From assembly GCA_964016885.1 (NCBI GenBank), contig CAXHJY010001643.1, positions 1,137 to 65,136 of the forward strand: a stretch of DNA of 64,000 nt, read 5' to 3'. How positions within the stretch are numbered: position 1 is the first letter of the stretch; each line of letters opens with the position of its first letter. Made by a program: the position numbers and the translations under genes. The DNA comes from Eledone cirrhosa. Lineage: Eukaryota. Shown in pieces: positions 1 to 15,109 of the stretch. Below the pieces are notes generated by a model, which saw nothing but the letters and a program-made list of their open reading frames with translations, was not told the DNA's origin and searched no databases.

Positions 1-219
1 GCTCCTGGAGATGAGGGTTGTACTTTTTTTCGGGGTCTGTACAACCCCTGTGTAACACCTCCCCCTATTGGGGATTTCAATTGTTATTTGTTATTGTATT
101 AATAGTTTTATTTTCATATACCTGTATGTAAACTCCCCATTTGTATTTGTCCCCTTCTTTTGTGCCCTTGTGGCTAATAAAGAAATTTATGAAAATTTAT
201 CTATATAGCTGTCTCTGTT

Positions 220-256
<37 letters not shown>

Positions 257-294
257 CTATTTCTCTCTCCCTCCCTTTCTCTTTCTCTCTCTTA

Positions 295-375
<81 letters not shown>

Positions 376-399
376 TCACTCTATTTATCTACCTGTATG

Positions 400-461
<62 letters not shown>

Positions 462-2962
462 CATCTATCTATCTATCTATCTATCTATGGGGTCGATTTA
501 ATCCACTTTACCCCGAAAAAAAAAAAAAATATTGGTCTTGTGCTTAAATCAGAAACGAATATTTAGAATCTTAGTAAAGTTGCTGGAATCGAATTTTGAT
601 CAAGAAACATCTTATGAGTTGTCTAAGGACGCTACAAAATGATGAATTGGCCTTAACATTATTTTTATATTAAAATGAAAATATGAATTTTATGATGAAT
701 TATTTATATTAGAATTTACTGTCATGTATCTATTATAAAGCAAAGATGGCAAATCACGTGTAATATCGATTCAAGGCATTCATAAATGTTTTATATTAAC
801 GTGAGAGCGGCAGAGACCAGATACTAAAAAGTATCGATGATTATGGAAATACATATGGCATACGGTTTAACAAATAGAGTTTCATAAGACCTATGTTGTG
901 CTATAGTTTGTTAACCTCAGGTCAGGCCCATGTTTGTAATCGTTCCAACCAGGAACAATCCATATCTTTTTATATACAGGGTGACTAAATATATACTAGC
1001 CTTATTTTTATATGTGATCCCTATTTGTTTCCATATTTTCCCTTAGTTCAGTGATGATCCTGGGTTTGTTGATATATACCGTATGCTTCAGATAGCCCCC
1101 AAGAAAGAAATCAGTGTGTCTGTATTGTCCATTGTAGACATATATATTTTAGATGGTTGTTTATAATTTCAGAGAGATTTAGTTGCGACTCCTATTGTGT
1201 CGAGTGGCCGTTTAAAGGCTTCTTTCCTAGCTCTTTAATAGAAATACAATTTTAAATATCTCGCCTAGACAAACATATAACTAATATAAAATAATAACTA
1301 AAAGCCAATAAACTAAACATCCGAATTAAAGAGGACATTGATTCAATTACCAAAGTAAAAGTTTATAATTTTTACCCGTAACTGTATTATTGAAATCTCA
1401 TGTCTCCTCGCTAAGATGTTAACGCCTTATAGAATCCTGTTTATGTCCTGACGTTAATGTCAACAGTACAATAAAAGGGTATGTTATGTCTTTACACATT
1501 GGCTTGGTAGATAGGGAATAAGCCCTGTAGTCACTAATTAAAATGAAAATGAATTACAGATATTAAATGAAATATATTATTTCTCAGACAGTTTCCCAAT
1601 TACACAAAGTTTAACTACATTTAAATCAGGATGATATCACAACTAGATTGAACATACCCATAATACATACACGAATCAATGAAGTCATTCACACTTGTTA
1701 CCTCGACGTGTTAGAAATAGCATATAACTCTCTCACTCTCAAAATAGACCCTACACGCAATCATAATAGAACGTCATATATATATATATATATATGGCTA
1801 TCAAATTTAAGCTCTATCACCTATAACGTTTTAGAATTTAGACAAAAAAGGCTTACATACACACAATATATTTCCTGTCTAGGTGACGGTGCTACAATAA
1901 ATGTTTCGCGTTTCAATGACAAGTTTCTGGGTTCCAAACCTACATTCTCCGTCCCTATAAATTGTCATTTCTCCAAAGCCACTCTTACATTTAATCAGTA
2001 TGTCATTTGTACATATATGTAATTATATCTTAGAAATAAATAATTAAAATATCGTTTCTATCTTTTCAACTTAAACTATAGGGCCTCTCGTATGCAAATA
2101 TTAATTCATCAAAATAATGTCTATTGTCTAGGATGTGTACGGCGTATTTTCCATTTTCAGTGAATATTCTCACGTAAATGTTTCTGTATAAGGGTTTCCA
2201 TATACATCGAATTACTTATTTCTCTTATGTTCCTAACGCTTTTCATTAAGCATATAAACATTCCATCTCTCTGAAATATATAACTATCTATCTCTGTAAG
2301 TTATCATTATATTTATAATAGCAATTGTTAACAGACTCCATAGGGCACCAGGCGGCAAAGCACTTTGATGTATTTGGACACCTCTGTTTACATTCTGGGT
2401 TCAAATTACTGCGACGTTGACCACACTGTTTGAACCTCCAGGATCGATAAAATAATTGCATAGATATCAGTTTAGTAACAATGGTTGATTTAATCAATAA
2501 TCGACCATTGGTAAAATATGTAAATTTGAATTTATCTTAGAAACAATTTATAATAATTTTGTTCATATGAATAGGTGTGGAAATTTTAGAAACGGTCTAG
2601 TGTCGGATTAAAATAAACCATGGTATTTAGTAACAACCCCTTATGTCATTACTTCTAATAATGATTTCTGATTAAGGCACAAGGCCAACAATTTATGAGA
2701 AGGGGAAATATCAACCCCAGCACGTGATTGGTTCTTTATTTTATCGACCCCGAAAGGATGAAAGGCAAAGTAGACCATGTGGAGTATTTACTTCTAGTAA
2801 TGTTGGTTTCCACATCAACTTTCATCTTTTCTCCATAGCTTGTCTGTTTATCACTTCTATACAAATTTATCAGAAAAAGGAAATCACTGTTTCGTTTTTG
2901 CTTTTGTAATAGATACAAAATATCAGAGCCTCTATATTCTTTATCAGCTCGCCCCGAATTTG

Positions 2963-3715
2963 CAGGTATAAATATAGTCTAGATAGATGAGAAATAAAAC
3001 GAGGATGTAGTTTATGGAACACCCAAATGATTTAGAAGTCGACCTCAAGTAGGAGCAATAACATTAAGAAAGACATGAACGACACCACATGATTTTGTAT
3101 TGAACATTTTGAAAGTAGGTTTATAAGTATGAATTTTCATAGGATATTCGTAGTTGTCTCTGTGGGCTAGCGGTAGGTACTAGAGTCGGTGGAGATCCTG
3201 GTCTTGGGTTCAATCCTGGTCAAGAAGTGCATGTAACTTTTTCAGTTTTTATTTTACAACCAATAGAAAAAAAAACTGAAAAGGTTTACCGGGAACCCTT
3301 CTCCCGCCCAGGATAGAACTTCAAACCCGGATTACCACCATCTATGACTCCTCCAACTCAGCCACTGAGACAGATACGAGAGTAAAATGAAAATTGATAA
3401 TTATAAACCTACTTTCAAAATCAAAGTTAAAAAGATGTGGTGTCGTTCATGGCTTTCCTAGAGCTATTAGTAATATTTAGAGTCGACTTCTGGTCATTAG
3501 TGAAAGTCTCTGGATTTCGCAAAATACATAATATATCTTATTGGAGAAGGTAAGATATTTTTCCGCAAAAATTTGATTGCATTGTTTTGTTTCCACTTAT
3601 GTATTTTTCGAAAATGTTATTTATTCATTATAAAAATTAAATGATAGCATTCTATATGTAGGTGGGCCCCCTTCATCTCCTGGCAACCAATATTTTTAGA
3701 CCGAGTCCGCCACTG
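2963..3715. mobile_element. Non-autonomous DNA element with hAT-like end and internal diverged inverted arms
   Basis: Ends TCCGCCACTG (reverse complement CAGTGGCGGA). Left part recurs at 63668-64000, right part at 45141-45530. Confidence 0.55.
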
Positions 3716-3746
<31 letters not shown>

Positions 3747-5198
3747 TTGTGTGTTTGTGTGTGTGTGTGTGTGTGTATTCTTCACTTCTTCTCTGTCATT
3801 CTATGTACAAGAATTAGGATCAATAAATTTCCACAAGTCATTGTCCCTTTTTTGATCTTCGAATCAAAATTATGATTAGCATTGCAAAATGTGATACCTC
3901 ATTTTTTTTAGGTCACAACTTAATGGAGACTTTTCAGACCTTTCAAGCTTGCTGAAGGAGCGTAGTTTAAACTGTGCAGTATAATGAGACAATGTTTTCA
4001 TCAATTAGGTTCTTGCGATCACATTAGACCACATACTATAGACCCAATGTAAATATTAGTTTCATGTAGCTTGAAAATATCATGTTTGCAGAGTAATTTG
4101 TGAATTAAATTATTCCTATGAAGTTATTTAATTCCACGCGTGATCGGGAATTCACACTGAATATTAATTGAAATTTTGGTTTTGTTCTATAATATTTTAT
4201 TTATGATTTGTTACAGAACTTTGATTGATGAAAGCCATGCTTTGTTTGACGAGGGCTTCCCATAACGTGTTGCTTTTACTGTAGAACCAGGGTTCATTTG
4301 GTTTATGCAATATATATAATTAATTTTGTTGTTTAATTTATACTATTACTTTTATTTTGTTGAATCTCTTTCCTTTATTTTCTTTCCTATGATTACTAAA
4401 TTATGCTGTATATCCATTATTCTCGAGTCATTATTTGATTCCATTAATTCTTTTGATTTATATTTCTTCATTGGCGGAGGAAAAGTAACTAATAAAAAGG
4501 ATTGTTTGAGTAAGGATTTTATAAATTACATGTTATATCTGTACTGACATTAATTATGTCTATAACTATATAAGCACTTATTGTTTTATTTTTAATGCTT
4601 AAAGATTCAATATACGTATTAATTATATTTCGATCCTTACACTTACAAATAGTGTTGTTGATGAATGCCCTGTGTATTGAATTAAACTAGATGGCAGATA
4701 TTTCGTCAGCTTGCCATCTTTAGCTTGTCGAGCAACAAAACCTGAGGATCGCAATCTGTTGAAGTAACTTTCCGATAGGTTTGTAGTTGAATCTATAGTG
4801 ATGGAGACTTCGGAGGTTTAAGTCCTTCAATTATTTCTCTACTCATTGCTATGAAGACAGAGTTAGCCTCTCGCAGTAATGAGTCTCCAGGTTTTGAATG
4901 TCGCTATCCTCCAAGGCAGCGATTTCTCCGTTCCGTCTGCTCGGAGCTGAAGGCGTCATGCATCTGTGATTCAACACACCGAAGACACACACACACTCTC
5001 TCTCCACTCTTTCTCTCTCACTCACACGCGCACACACACACACACACATACATGCTCTCTCTCCCATTCTTTCTCACTCACACACACTCACACACGTCCT
5101 TCATCGTTCATTTAATAAGGAAAATTACATTATTGTTGAATGCTGGGATATCGTATTACATATTATTTTTTAAATGACGTTTTTTCTCGTAGACATAT

Positions 5199-5293
5199 TG
5201 GAGGTGTTGTAATGCTGGAGGTGTTGTAATGCTGGAGGTGTTGTAATGTTGGAGGTGTTGTAATGTTGGAGATGTTGTAATGTTGGAGGTGTT
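5199..5293. repeat. 17-bp minisatellite, about 5.5 copies
   Basis: TGGAGGTGTTGTAATG(C/T) in tandem. Confidence 0.9.
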
Positions 5294-5847
5294 TGTTTGT
5301 AACGTTATTGTTGTTTGAGAGAGCAGACGATATATTGGTAAAAGGTCATTACAGACATGACCAATATATCACCTTCTATTTTGGAAAAGTGTACACAGGA
5401 GAATGTTATCTCTGGCCTATATTCACAAGAAGTGCATATAAACAGATAAAATGAGTAATAAATTTACTCAAAGTCTGCCGTGAGGAATACTAAAAGTCTA
5501 ACATTGATAGAAACCGTCACCACACAGACTTTCTGCCTAAAATGTTAGAATTTTTTACTCTTCCTGAGAATTCTCATAAATTCATTGATTAGGCAAATTA
5601 AAGAAATGATATTAGAAAATTTCCCATGAGTTTATTCCGCATATAGAACGCATAGTTAGGAGCAAATTACCGTGTTTCGGCGTTAGACTGCAAATAGATT
5701 TTTAAAACAATTGATATTATAACACTGAGATTTTCGAATATCATTATTTTGAATTGTGGAATCAGTGAATTATCAGCCCACAACATCCTATATCTTTTAG
5801 TCAGCATGAGGTCTATGTATTGCTATAGTGGTGTCTTTTTATAATAA

Positions 5848-6029
5848 GGGTGGCGGAGTGGCAGTATCGGTAGAGCGTCAGGCACACTGCTTTACAGCAG
5901 AGAGTTACGCCTCTTACGGTGTAAGTTCAAATCCCGCCGAGGATAGCTTTGCCTTTCATCCTTACGAGGTCGATAAAATAAAGTACCAGTAATACACTAG
6001 GATCGGTTTAATCGACATTCCCCTCCCCA
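5848..6029 (+). mobile_element. Abundant tRNA-derived SINE (core GCCTTTCATCCTTACGGGGTCGATAAAATAAAGTACCAG)
   Basis: A-box-like TGGCAGTATCGG and B-box GTTCAAATC; more than 15 copies in the window. Confidence 0.8.
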
Positions 6030-6040
6030 TGTGTGTGTGT

Positions 6041-6217
6041 GAGTCCCGGCTTCAATCGGGGGTAAACACAGTAGGTAAGGTACTTAAGACATTAGTAGAG
6101 TGTAAACATCATGTTTAATTTAGAAATTGCTTCTACAGGACTAGAACTATTTCATTCTTGATGATTTCTTTTGAATGAAACAGTTCTAGTCATGTAGAAG
6201 CCATTTCTATATTAAAC
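6041..6217. mobile_element. Penelope-like element fragment, family B (hairpin 6113-6217)
   Basis: Arms TAGAAATTGCTTCTACAGGACTAGAACTATTTCATTC and GAATGAAACAGTTCTAGTCATGTAGAAGCCATTTCTA; loop retains TTGATGA; homologous to 28053-28188. Confidence 0.65.
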
Positions 6218-7797
6218 TTGATACATATATATATATATAAGGGAAATCTTATATAAACGTCTGTATGAGTGAGACTTTATGTTTACCGGTGTAAATATGG
6301 ATTGATAAAATAAGTCCCAGTTGAAATTATATACCGGGTTTTATATGCAATTACTGACAACCTTGAAGAGGATGTTACAGCTTTGTAAGAAGAACAAACA
6401 AAATACTATAAGAATAGAGTGCAGTCACTGGAAAATAAAGTCGTTTTAGTTTATAAATGAAATAACATTGAATTTATTCTCGGTTATTATACACTTAAGG
6501 TAGAGAATAAAACAAATATTATTTACACTTAACCCCATGAGGAGGTGGTCATATCAGATTCGTTTATGCTTAATGAAAACAAATTACTATGATGTTTTAA
6601 GAATCTCTAAAAACAACACTATGACTGTACAACATTGATGTCTTTACTTAAGGTTATTGCGAATTTCCATAAAGATATGTCCACTAGTAAAAACACATAT
6701 ATTAAACATTTGAATTAACAATTCTAGATTTAGATTGCTTTTGTTAATTGATTTTTGTGTGTGTGTTTGATAAATCATTAAATGATGTAAGAGGTAATGA
6801 TTAAATTTAACCAAGAGCGGGGTAAGAGAAAGGCTTTTAATTTATTAAAACTACAATGTCGGCAATACAGTAGTGGCAGTCAGTTTAAACTTGTGAATTT
6901 ATTTAGTACTAGAATTTTTTTCCATACGCTGACGGGTATGTATATGTGTGTGTGTGTGTGTATATGTGTGTGTATGTGTATATGCATACATTTATATATA
7001 TGAGTATATAAATATAAACGCACAAACAGACACACTTACAAAAATACACACTCACAGACATACATCCACACAAACACATAGATGTATTCACACAAACACA
7101 TACATTTACACAAACACACACATATAACCATACACACATACAGCGTAGTCTTTTCACCATCCCCTTCCTTCCTTTTACACACACATATATTCACTCAGGC
7201 AGCAGACGTAAAAAGAGAGGAGTAGTATGAGGTAGTCAAACTACTCCTTTCTCCTTACATGTTGTGACAGAATCGCAGAAATTTGTATTTAAATAAGACC
7301 CTATTCTAGATCAACAGTAAATAATGAAGAACTATAAAAAGTAATGGAAGCAAATGGAATGGACTGACGGGAAGATAGCAAGGTGGAATATAGGTAAAAT
7401 ATACAGCAACTGAAACAGCTTCAGGTAGCACATACACACACATATATACATATATACACAAATATACATATATACACATACACTCATACATATACACCTA
7501 TACACATCCACATATACATATATATATACATATATACACAAATATATATATACACATACACACACATACACATATATACATATACACATACACTGACGTG
7601 CACACATACAAACTTATACACATATACAAATATACATATATACACACATCGATATAGTAAAATAACTGCCACTGAAATCCCAATTCACAACAATAACAAT
7701 AACAAAGATCTATAGGTGTGTATATAGTATAGAGGTAGAATAAGAGAAAATACACACACACACACACACATATATATAAATATGTGTGTATGTATAT

Positions 7798-7855
<58 letters not shown>

Positions 7856-8243
7856 TTATATATATATACATATATATATGTATATATATGCCTTGGCTAT
7901 GTGTCTGTGTGTGTAACATACAGATAGATAAATAAATATACAGATCGATAGTGATAGGTAGATAGTTAGCTAGATATATAGTTAAACAGAGCGTCCGATT
8001 AGAAGTGAGATAGTATAGATGCAGATTTGGCGAGACGGTTTGCTTGTAGTGTCATAGAAGACATTCTAATAGGTGGCCATTAGAGTAGATAATTGCTAGC
8101 TTCCTTCTCTCAAGGCTGGAGTTATTACCCCAAACACAACACACTGCTTTATTGACATTACAGGTCAATAAGAGTAGTTTCAAATACAGCCTTATAGATC
8201 GGAAGGCCAGTTAGTGTACATGGCTATATAAGCTGGTCTGTGT

Positions 8244-8283
<40 letters not shown>

Positions 8284-8729
8284 GTGCTTGTGGTGCTGGT
8301 GTTGGTGATGGTTGTTGTTGGTGCTGTTGTTGTTGTTATTAGTGCTTGTGGTGCTGGTGGTGGTTGTTGCTGGTGTTGTTGTTGTTGTTGTTAGTGCTTC
8401 TGGTGGTGGTGGCGTTGTTGTTGTTGGTGGTGGTTGTTGCTGGTGGTGTTGTTGTTGTTATTAGTGCTTGTGGTGCTGGTGTTGTTGTTGGTGGTGGTCA
8501 TGTTAGTGCTGGTGTTGGTACTGTTGTTGTTGGTGGTGATACTGGTGCTGCTTGGCTTGTGTGAGAAGGACATGTGTTAATCACGTGTTTACACTTGGAT
8601 GTTCTGTCGCGGGATAGTCTTTCTCTATCTCCCATCTTCCTTGTTACATTACAAGTTGTCATGGTGACTATCTAATTTCCAACCTAGTCTGGCCAAAGCC
8701 ATTTGTCACTCCGTATGTGTGTAAGGTTA

Positions 8730-8799
<70 letters not shown>

Positions 8800-8946
8800 G
8801 TATGTATGTATGTATGTATATATATATATATATATATATACATCACTTAATCACTCACCCTTCATTCGTCCTGACTGTCTGTCATTATGTCTTTTTATTC
8901 CTGTATACACACCCACACACAAACCCACACACATACACACACACGC

Positions 8947-9009
<63 letters not shown>

Positions 9010-9919
9010 CAGAGGAATAAATAGCTAGATAGATAAATCGGTAGACGAATTGATTGATAGATTGATAGATATAGTGACATCAAACACAAGAAGAAGAAGA
9101 AGAAGAAGAAGAAGAAGAAGAAGAAGAAATTATCGACTGTAGGATTGGACTGGTACTTCTTTATCGACCTCGAATGGATGTGAGGTAAAGCTGCCCTCGG
9201 CGGGTTTTGACCTCGGAGGGCAGCGAGAGGGACCGAATACCTGAAAGCATTTTATCCGACATTCTAATAACTATGCTAGATATACAGTACTCGGAGATGA
9301 AGGTGATTGACATGTGATTGGCCTTCGATCCCCTATCTGCTTGATGAAGGTTTACTTGGTATTTGGGGCCTAAACTGCAAACGTCAATTTACCTCTGTTT
9401 TCCCATATAAGGTAATCAATTTACATGACGGAAAACTTGTGAGCGAAATTGCGTAGACAAAATTTTATAGCTCTCAAGGCCATCTCTGTACGTAATTAAA
9501 GAGTCAGCTTTGTTGATCGTTGTGTCATACTGAATCTTCCTGAGATTTTCGTTAAATGTTTATGTGTAATACACTTCTATTCATTAGTAAAATTAGTCAA
9601 AAGGCTGTTCAATTACTTATGCAACTAAATCAATCATCGTGGAAGCTGACGGCGGTCCATTTACTACTTTCACTGCAGAGGCTAATTTATGAAAAATAAC
9701 CTCGAGCGGGTTGACAGAACAGAAATGTATCAATTTAAGATTTTGATAACTAGAAATAAATAACGTTTGTTGGAGAGTGTTGTCAGAATGAAGCAATATT
9801 TGGCACCAGTAGACAGTTAATAAATGGGAATAGTCAGGGCAGTGACACGTTGGAAATGGGAAATGATGGATACTCAATTATATATTTATTTGATTATATA
9901 TAGCATATTGTGAACTAGA

Positions 9920-10013
9920 GTGTCGTTGAATACAGGTTTCTGTCGGGTCAATCTCTGGTTTGTAGCCACATGTGTCGTTGAATGCAGGTTTCTGTCGGGT
10001 CAATCTCTGGTTT
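9920..10013. repeat. 42-bp direct duplication, 52-bp period
   Basis: GTGTCGTTGAATRCAGGTTTCTGTCGGGTCAATCTCTGGTTT twice. Confidence 0.9.
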
Positions 10014-11243
10014 TTACTACGCGATCTCATTGAAAATGAATTTCCCGAGAGGGAAAATCTAAATTCAGTAAGTGTTGTTGATATGTTTGTAGTTTCTTTA
10101 TATATTTTAGATAACCTATATAACATCACAGTGAGTGTGTGTCTTTGATATAATTGTTTCTACTTTTGGCACAAGGCCAGTACCTACCCTGTGTATTATT
10201 GGTACTTTATTTTATCGACCTCGTAAGGATGAAAAGCAAAGTTAACCTCAGCGGGATTTGATATAATGTTTACTAAAGTGATTAAAACTCTAGTGAAATA
10301 AACTGATAAAGAAGCCAAATCATTGATAAAGATTCTTCGTTAAACTTTCTGCAGTACTTCGTTACTTTCTGCATTGGAACATATAATGGCAAAGTGTTTC
10401 TCCAGGGTTTCCACAAGATCATAGACGTGATTTCATACGACCAGTTCATGATAAAATATAGTCCAACGGTATAAGACCAGTTCGAAGGAAGCATAGTCTT
10501 TATTTATTTAAACTATTGAGTGTGTGATACGCTTTAAAAGTTGACAGAACTGGCTTAAATGATTGAGGGTTGAAATTTGAGAGTTTATCACAAGATTCCT
10601 CCGAAAGGTATGTCTTGTGATCAAATAACATCAAAAACACGAACAACAACAATGATACTATCACCAAACATTTTGACAGAGTTCAGTTTTTGGTTCACGC
10701 TCAGTAGAAAGTTAGTTTAATTTTTGTTCTGATTTAAAAATAAACTAAAAATAAACCCCACCCCAAATCTATTATAAACCAACAATAATAAAAATAGCCC
10801 CCCCCCCACGAAAATACCATTTAAAAAATTACAAACAACAAAGAACATAAACAACAACAACCACGAAAGCAACAATGACAGCATCATCAACAACAACAAC
10901 AGCAAAAATAACAACACCACCAGCACCAACTCCAACACTAACAACAACAACAGCACCACCACCACCAGCAACAACAACCACCACTAACAACAACAACAAC
11001 AATAACAACATCAAGGATCAAAAGCAACCAAATATAAAGTAATCAAAATAAATGGAATAATTGTTATATATTTGACTTTAAAATAGAGCCGTGGTGATTC
11101 TAAAAGCTTATAGCTCTGCCCTCTCAAGATGGCGGATATTAAGGTATAAACCTGCCACCAGACAATAAAAACAATATATAAAGATCAGTTTCAGTCAGTC
11201 ATCATTATTTATTTTCTTTACCGCAAAGAATTTTATATTGTGT

Positions 11244-11487
11244 TCTTATATATTAACCGACCTCTCTATACTGACACACGAGCGTAAGAGCTCTCTCTCT
11301 CACCCTCTCTCTCGCTCTCTCTCTCTCGCTCCCTCTCTCTCTCTTATATATTAACCGACCTCTCTATACTGACACGCGAGCGTAAGAGCTCTCTCACTCC
11401 CTCTCTCTCGCTCTCTCTCTCTCGCTCCCTCTCTCTCTCTTATATATTAACCGACCTCTCTATACTGACACACGAGCATAAGAGCTC

Positions 11488-11532
<45 letters not shown>

Positions 11533-11760
11533 TATATATTAACCGACCTCTCTATACTGACACGCGAGCGTAAGAGCTCTCTCTCTCCCCTCTCTCTCGC
11601 TCTCTCTCTGTCTCTCTCTTATATATTAACCGACCTCTCTATACTGACACGCGAGCGTAAGAGCTCTCTCTCTCTCTCTCTCTCTCCCTCTCTCTCTCTC
11701 TCTGTCTCTTTCTTATATATTAACCGACCTCTCTATACTGACACACGAGCGTAAGAGCTC
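11244..11760. repeat. Six copies of a ~50-bp unit separated by variable (CT)n
   Basis: TCTTATATATTAACCGACCTCTCTATACTGACACRCGAGCRTAAGAGCTC x6. Confidence 0.9.
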
Positions 11761-12352
11761 CGTCTTTCTCTCTCTCCCCCCCCTCTCTCTGTCTTTCTCT
11801 CTTTCACACATACACTCTCTTTCTTTCTCTCATTCTCTCTCCTCACTTTGTGCCATTAGTTTCATTCTTGATGTTTGTTCCTGTTAGTCTCCCCTCCCAC
11901 CTATTCTCCCATCATAATCTTCCTGCTGTAGTGTATTACTGGTACTTTATTTTATCGACCCTGTAAGGATGTAAGGCAAAGTTAACCTCGGCAGGATTTG
12001 AACTCAGAATGTAAAGGGCTAAGAATTTCTTCTTCTTCTTCTTCTTCTTCTTCTTCTTCTTCTTCTTCTTCTCCTCCTTCGTCTTCTACTCACACCTCCC
12101 TCCCCATCCCCACCCCACGACAATCCATCATTTGTTTCTCCTTTATCTCTTATTTTCCACATTCTTCCAGTTTCCAAGTATAGACCAAACAGCGTGAACA
12201 AGACAAACATGTCATAAACACACTACAACACACTAACACACATAACACACACGTACACACTATAACACACAGGTATATATATATGTATATATATATATAT
12301 ACATATATATATATACATATATGTATACATATATATATATATATATATATGT

Positions 12353-12438
<86 letters not shown>

Positions 12439-12529
12439 GTATATATATATGTATATATATATATGTATATATATGTATATATGTATTTATATATATATAT
12501 GTATATATATATGTATATATATATGTATA

Positions 12530-12560
<31 letters not shown>

Positions 12561-15109
12561 GTATTTATATATATATATATGTATTTATATATATATATAT
12601 GTATTTATATATATATATACATTATATATATATATATATACATTATATATATATATATACATATATATACATATATATATATATATACATATATATACAT
12701 ATATATATATATACATATATACATATATATTGCATACAAATATATAAACATATATATATATATTTGCATACAAATATATAAACATATATATATATATTTG
12801 CATACAAATATATAAACATATATATATATATAAATACGTGCACATACATACACATATACACATATACACATATACATATAAAAGCTCATACTCAAACAAT
12901 GAAAGTATGTAGTACTGTAGTACTGTACTACTATATATGTCTAAGAAGACAAGAATTATGTCGGCCATTTCCAATCTCATACAGTAATGAGCCGACAAAC
13001 GTGGCCAAGAAAAATTTGATCGTTAAAGAATAGGGTTATCATCATTTATCGTAACAGGTTGAAGTAAAGATGGCGGATTTTACGTTGAAAATGTGGCAGG
13101 TTACTTTTCTAACGAGGCAACTACAGATTAACGGAGACGACTTTTATAGCTAATCGTTTGCACTTAGGCGCTCAATATCTCAGTGTTTTAAATATATCTG
13201 GTGGCTATCAGCCAATCATGTGCTACACTCCACTGCCTAACAGAGTGAAATTAACCGTCTTCCTTTTGACGTAAATACACACACAATGTATATATATATG
13301 TATGTATAAATATAATATATATATATATGTATATATATGTATATATATACGGGTGCATATACATATATGTATGAATATATATTTACATGCATACAAATGC
13401 AAACATTACATACATACGTACGTACACACATACACACACACACACACACATATATATAAATATATATATACGCATGTATATAAATATTTGTAAGTGTGTG
13501 TGTGTGTGTGCCTGTGTTTGTGTGTGCAAGTGTGTGTATGTGTGTGAGAGTGATGCCTAGCTTGAAGGCATATACTTGTTTTTCTCTGACACTTGAATAA
13601 TTACACATATCCGACAAACCTGACAATGTTGGGCTAACAACCTACCCCTGACGCAGCCCTCCAAGCGAAACCAGGGTGTGTATATATTATGTCTGTATTG
13701 TGCTCTAGCTCTGTATGCTTCTGTGAGCATACGTATGTTTGCGGCTGTCTCTATGTATGCATGTACATATGTATGTATATATGTGTGTACGTATGTATGT
13801 ATATATGTGTGTATGTATGTATGTATGTGTGTATGTATGTATATATGTATATATGTATCTATGTATGTACATATGTATGTATGTGTGTATGTATGTGTGT
13901 ATGTATGTATGTGTGTATGTATGTATGCATGTACATATGTATGCATGTACATATGTATGTATGTATGTATGTGTGTAAGTGTGTATGTGTGTATGTGTGT
14001 ATGTATGTATTTATGTACATATGTGTGTATGTATGTGTGTATGTATGTGTGTATGTATGTGTGTATGTATGTGTGTATGTATGTGTGTATGTATATATGT
14101 ATGTATGTGCGTATGTATGTATGTATGTATGTATGTATGTATGTGTGTATGTATGTGTGTCTGTATGTATGTTTGTATGTATGTGTTTGTGAATAGGTAT
14201 TTCTGAGAAAGAGGATTTAAGAGAGGGTGTTCCTGTATATGTCAGTGTATGTGTGTGTGTGTGTGTATGTGTGTGTATGTGTGTGTACGTGTGTGTATGT
14301 GTGTGTATGTGTGTGTGAGAGAAGCGAGGATATGTGACTGTTCAGTAATGTATGGAGAAATGACTATGTGAATGTGTGTGTAAGTATACAGACGTGTGCA
14401 TGTGTGTGTGTAAGTATGTAGACGGCGGTGTGAATGTGTGTGTATGTAGACGGTGGTGTGAATGTGTATATATGTGAATGTGTATATATGTGAATATGTA
14501 TATATATGAATGTGTATATATATGAGTATGTATATATATGAATGTGTATATATATGAATGTGTATATATATGAATGTGTATATATATGAATATGTATATA
14601 TGTGAATGTGCATATATGTGAATGTGTATATATGTGAATGTGTATATATGTGAATGTGTATATATGTGAGTATGTATATATATGAATATGTATATATATG
14701 AATGTGTATATATGTGAATGTGTATATATGTGAATATTGATATATGTGAATGTGTATATATGTGAATATGTATAATCAAAACTAGAACTGACATAGTTTC
14801 AGCAGAGAGTATTATGTCTTTTAGCAGATGTTATCATCAATGGTATACAGTTCTTTGGCTACAACCAAAGAGACAGAATCATGGTGTACAAAAGAGAGAC
14901 GGAGTGGTGGGGTGCCTGAGTCACCCCTGGGTGGCCCACCCCTCCCTTTTGGGGAATTTATTTTGTTATATTTTTATTGATAATTGTCTTTGTTAATTTG
15001 TTTGTTGTCGATTTTATTGAAAGCCAGCACTGTCCCCGCGTTGTCCCCTATCTGTTGACCATAGCAGCCGATAAAAAATTATTATTATTATTTTTTTAAG
15101 ATGGAGTCG

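Noticed and set aside
1-190. Possible LINE 3' UTR ending in AATAAA (similar style at 14890-15095)
   Set aside because: No coding sequence available to support a family assignment.
4689-4719. AGATGGCA..TGCCATCT hairpin with CTGACGA on the minus strand
   Set aside because: No separate stem II and GAAA, so it cannot form a hammerhead.
11244-11760. CRISPR-like repeat-spacer appearance
   Set aside because: Spacers are CT microsatellites, the context is eukaryotic and there are no cas genes.
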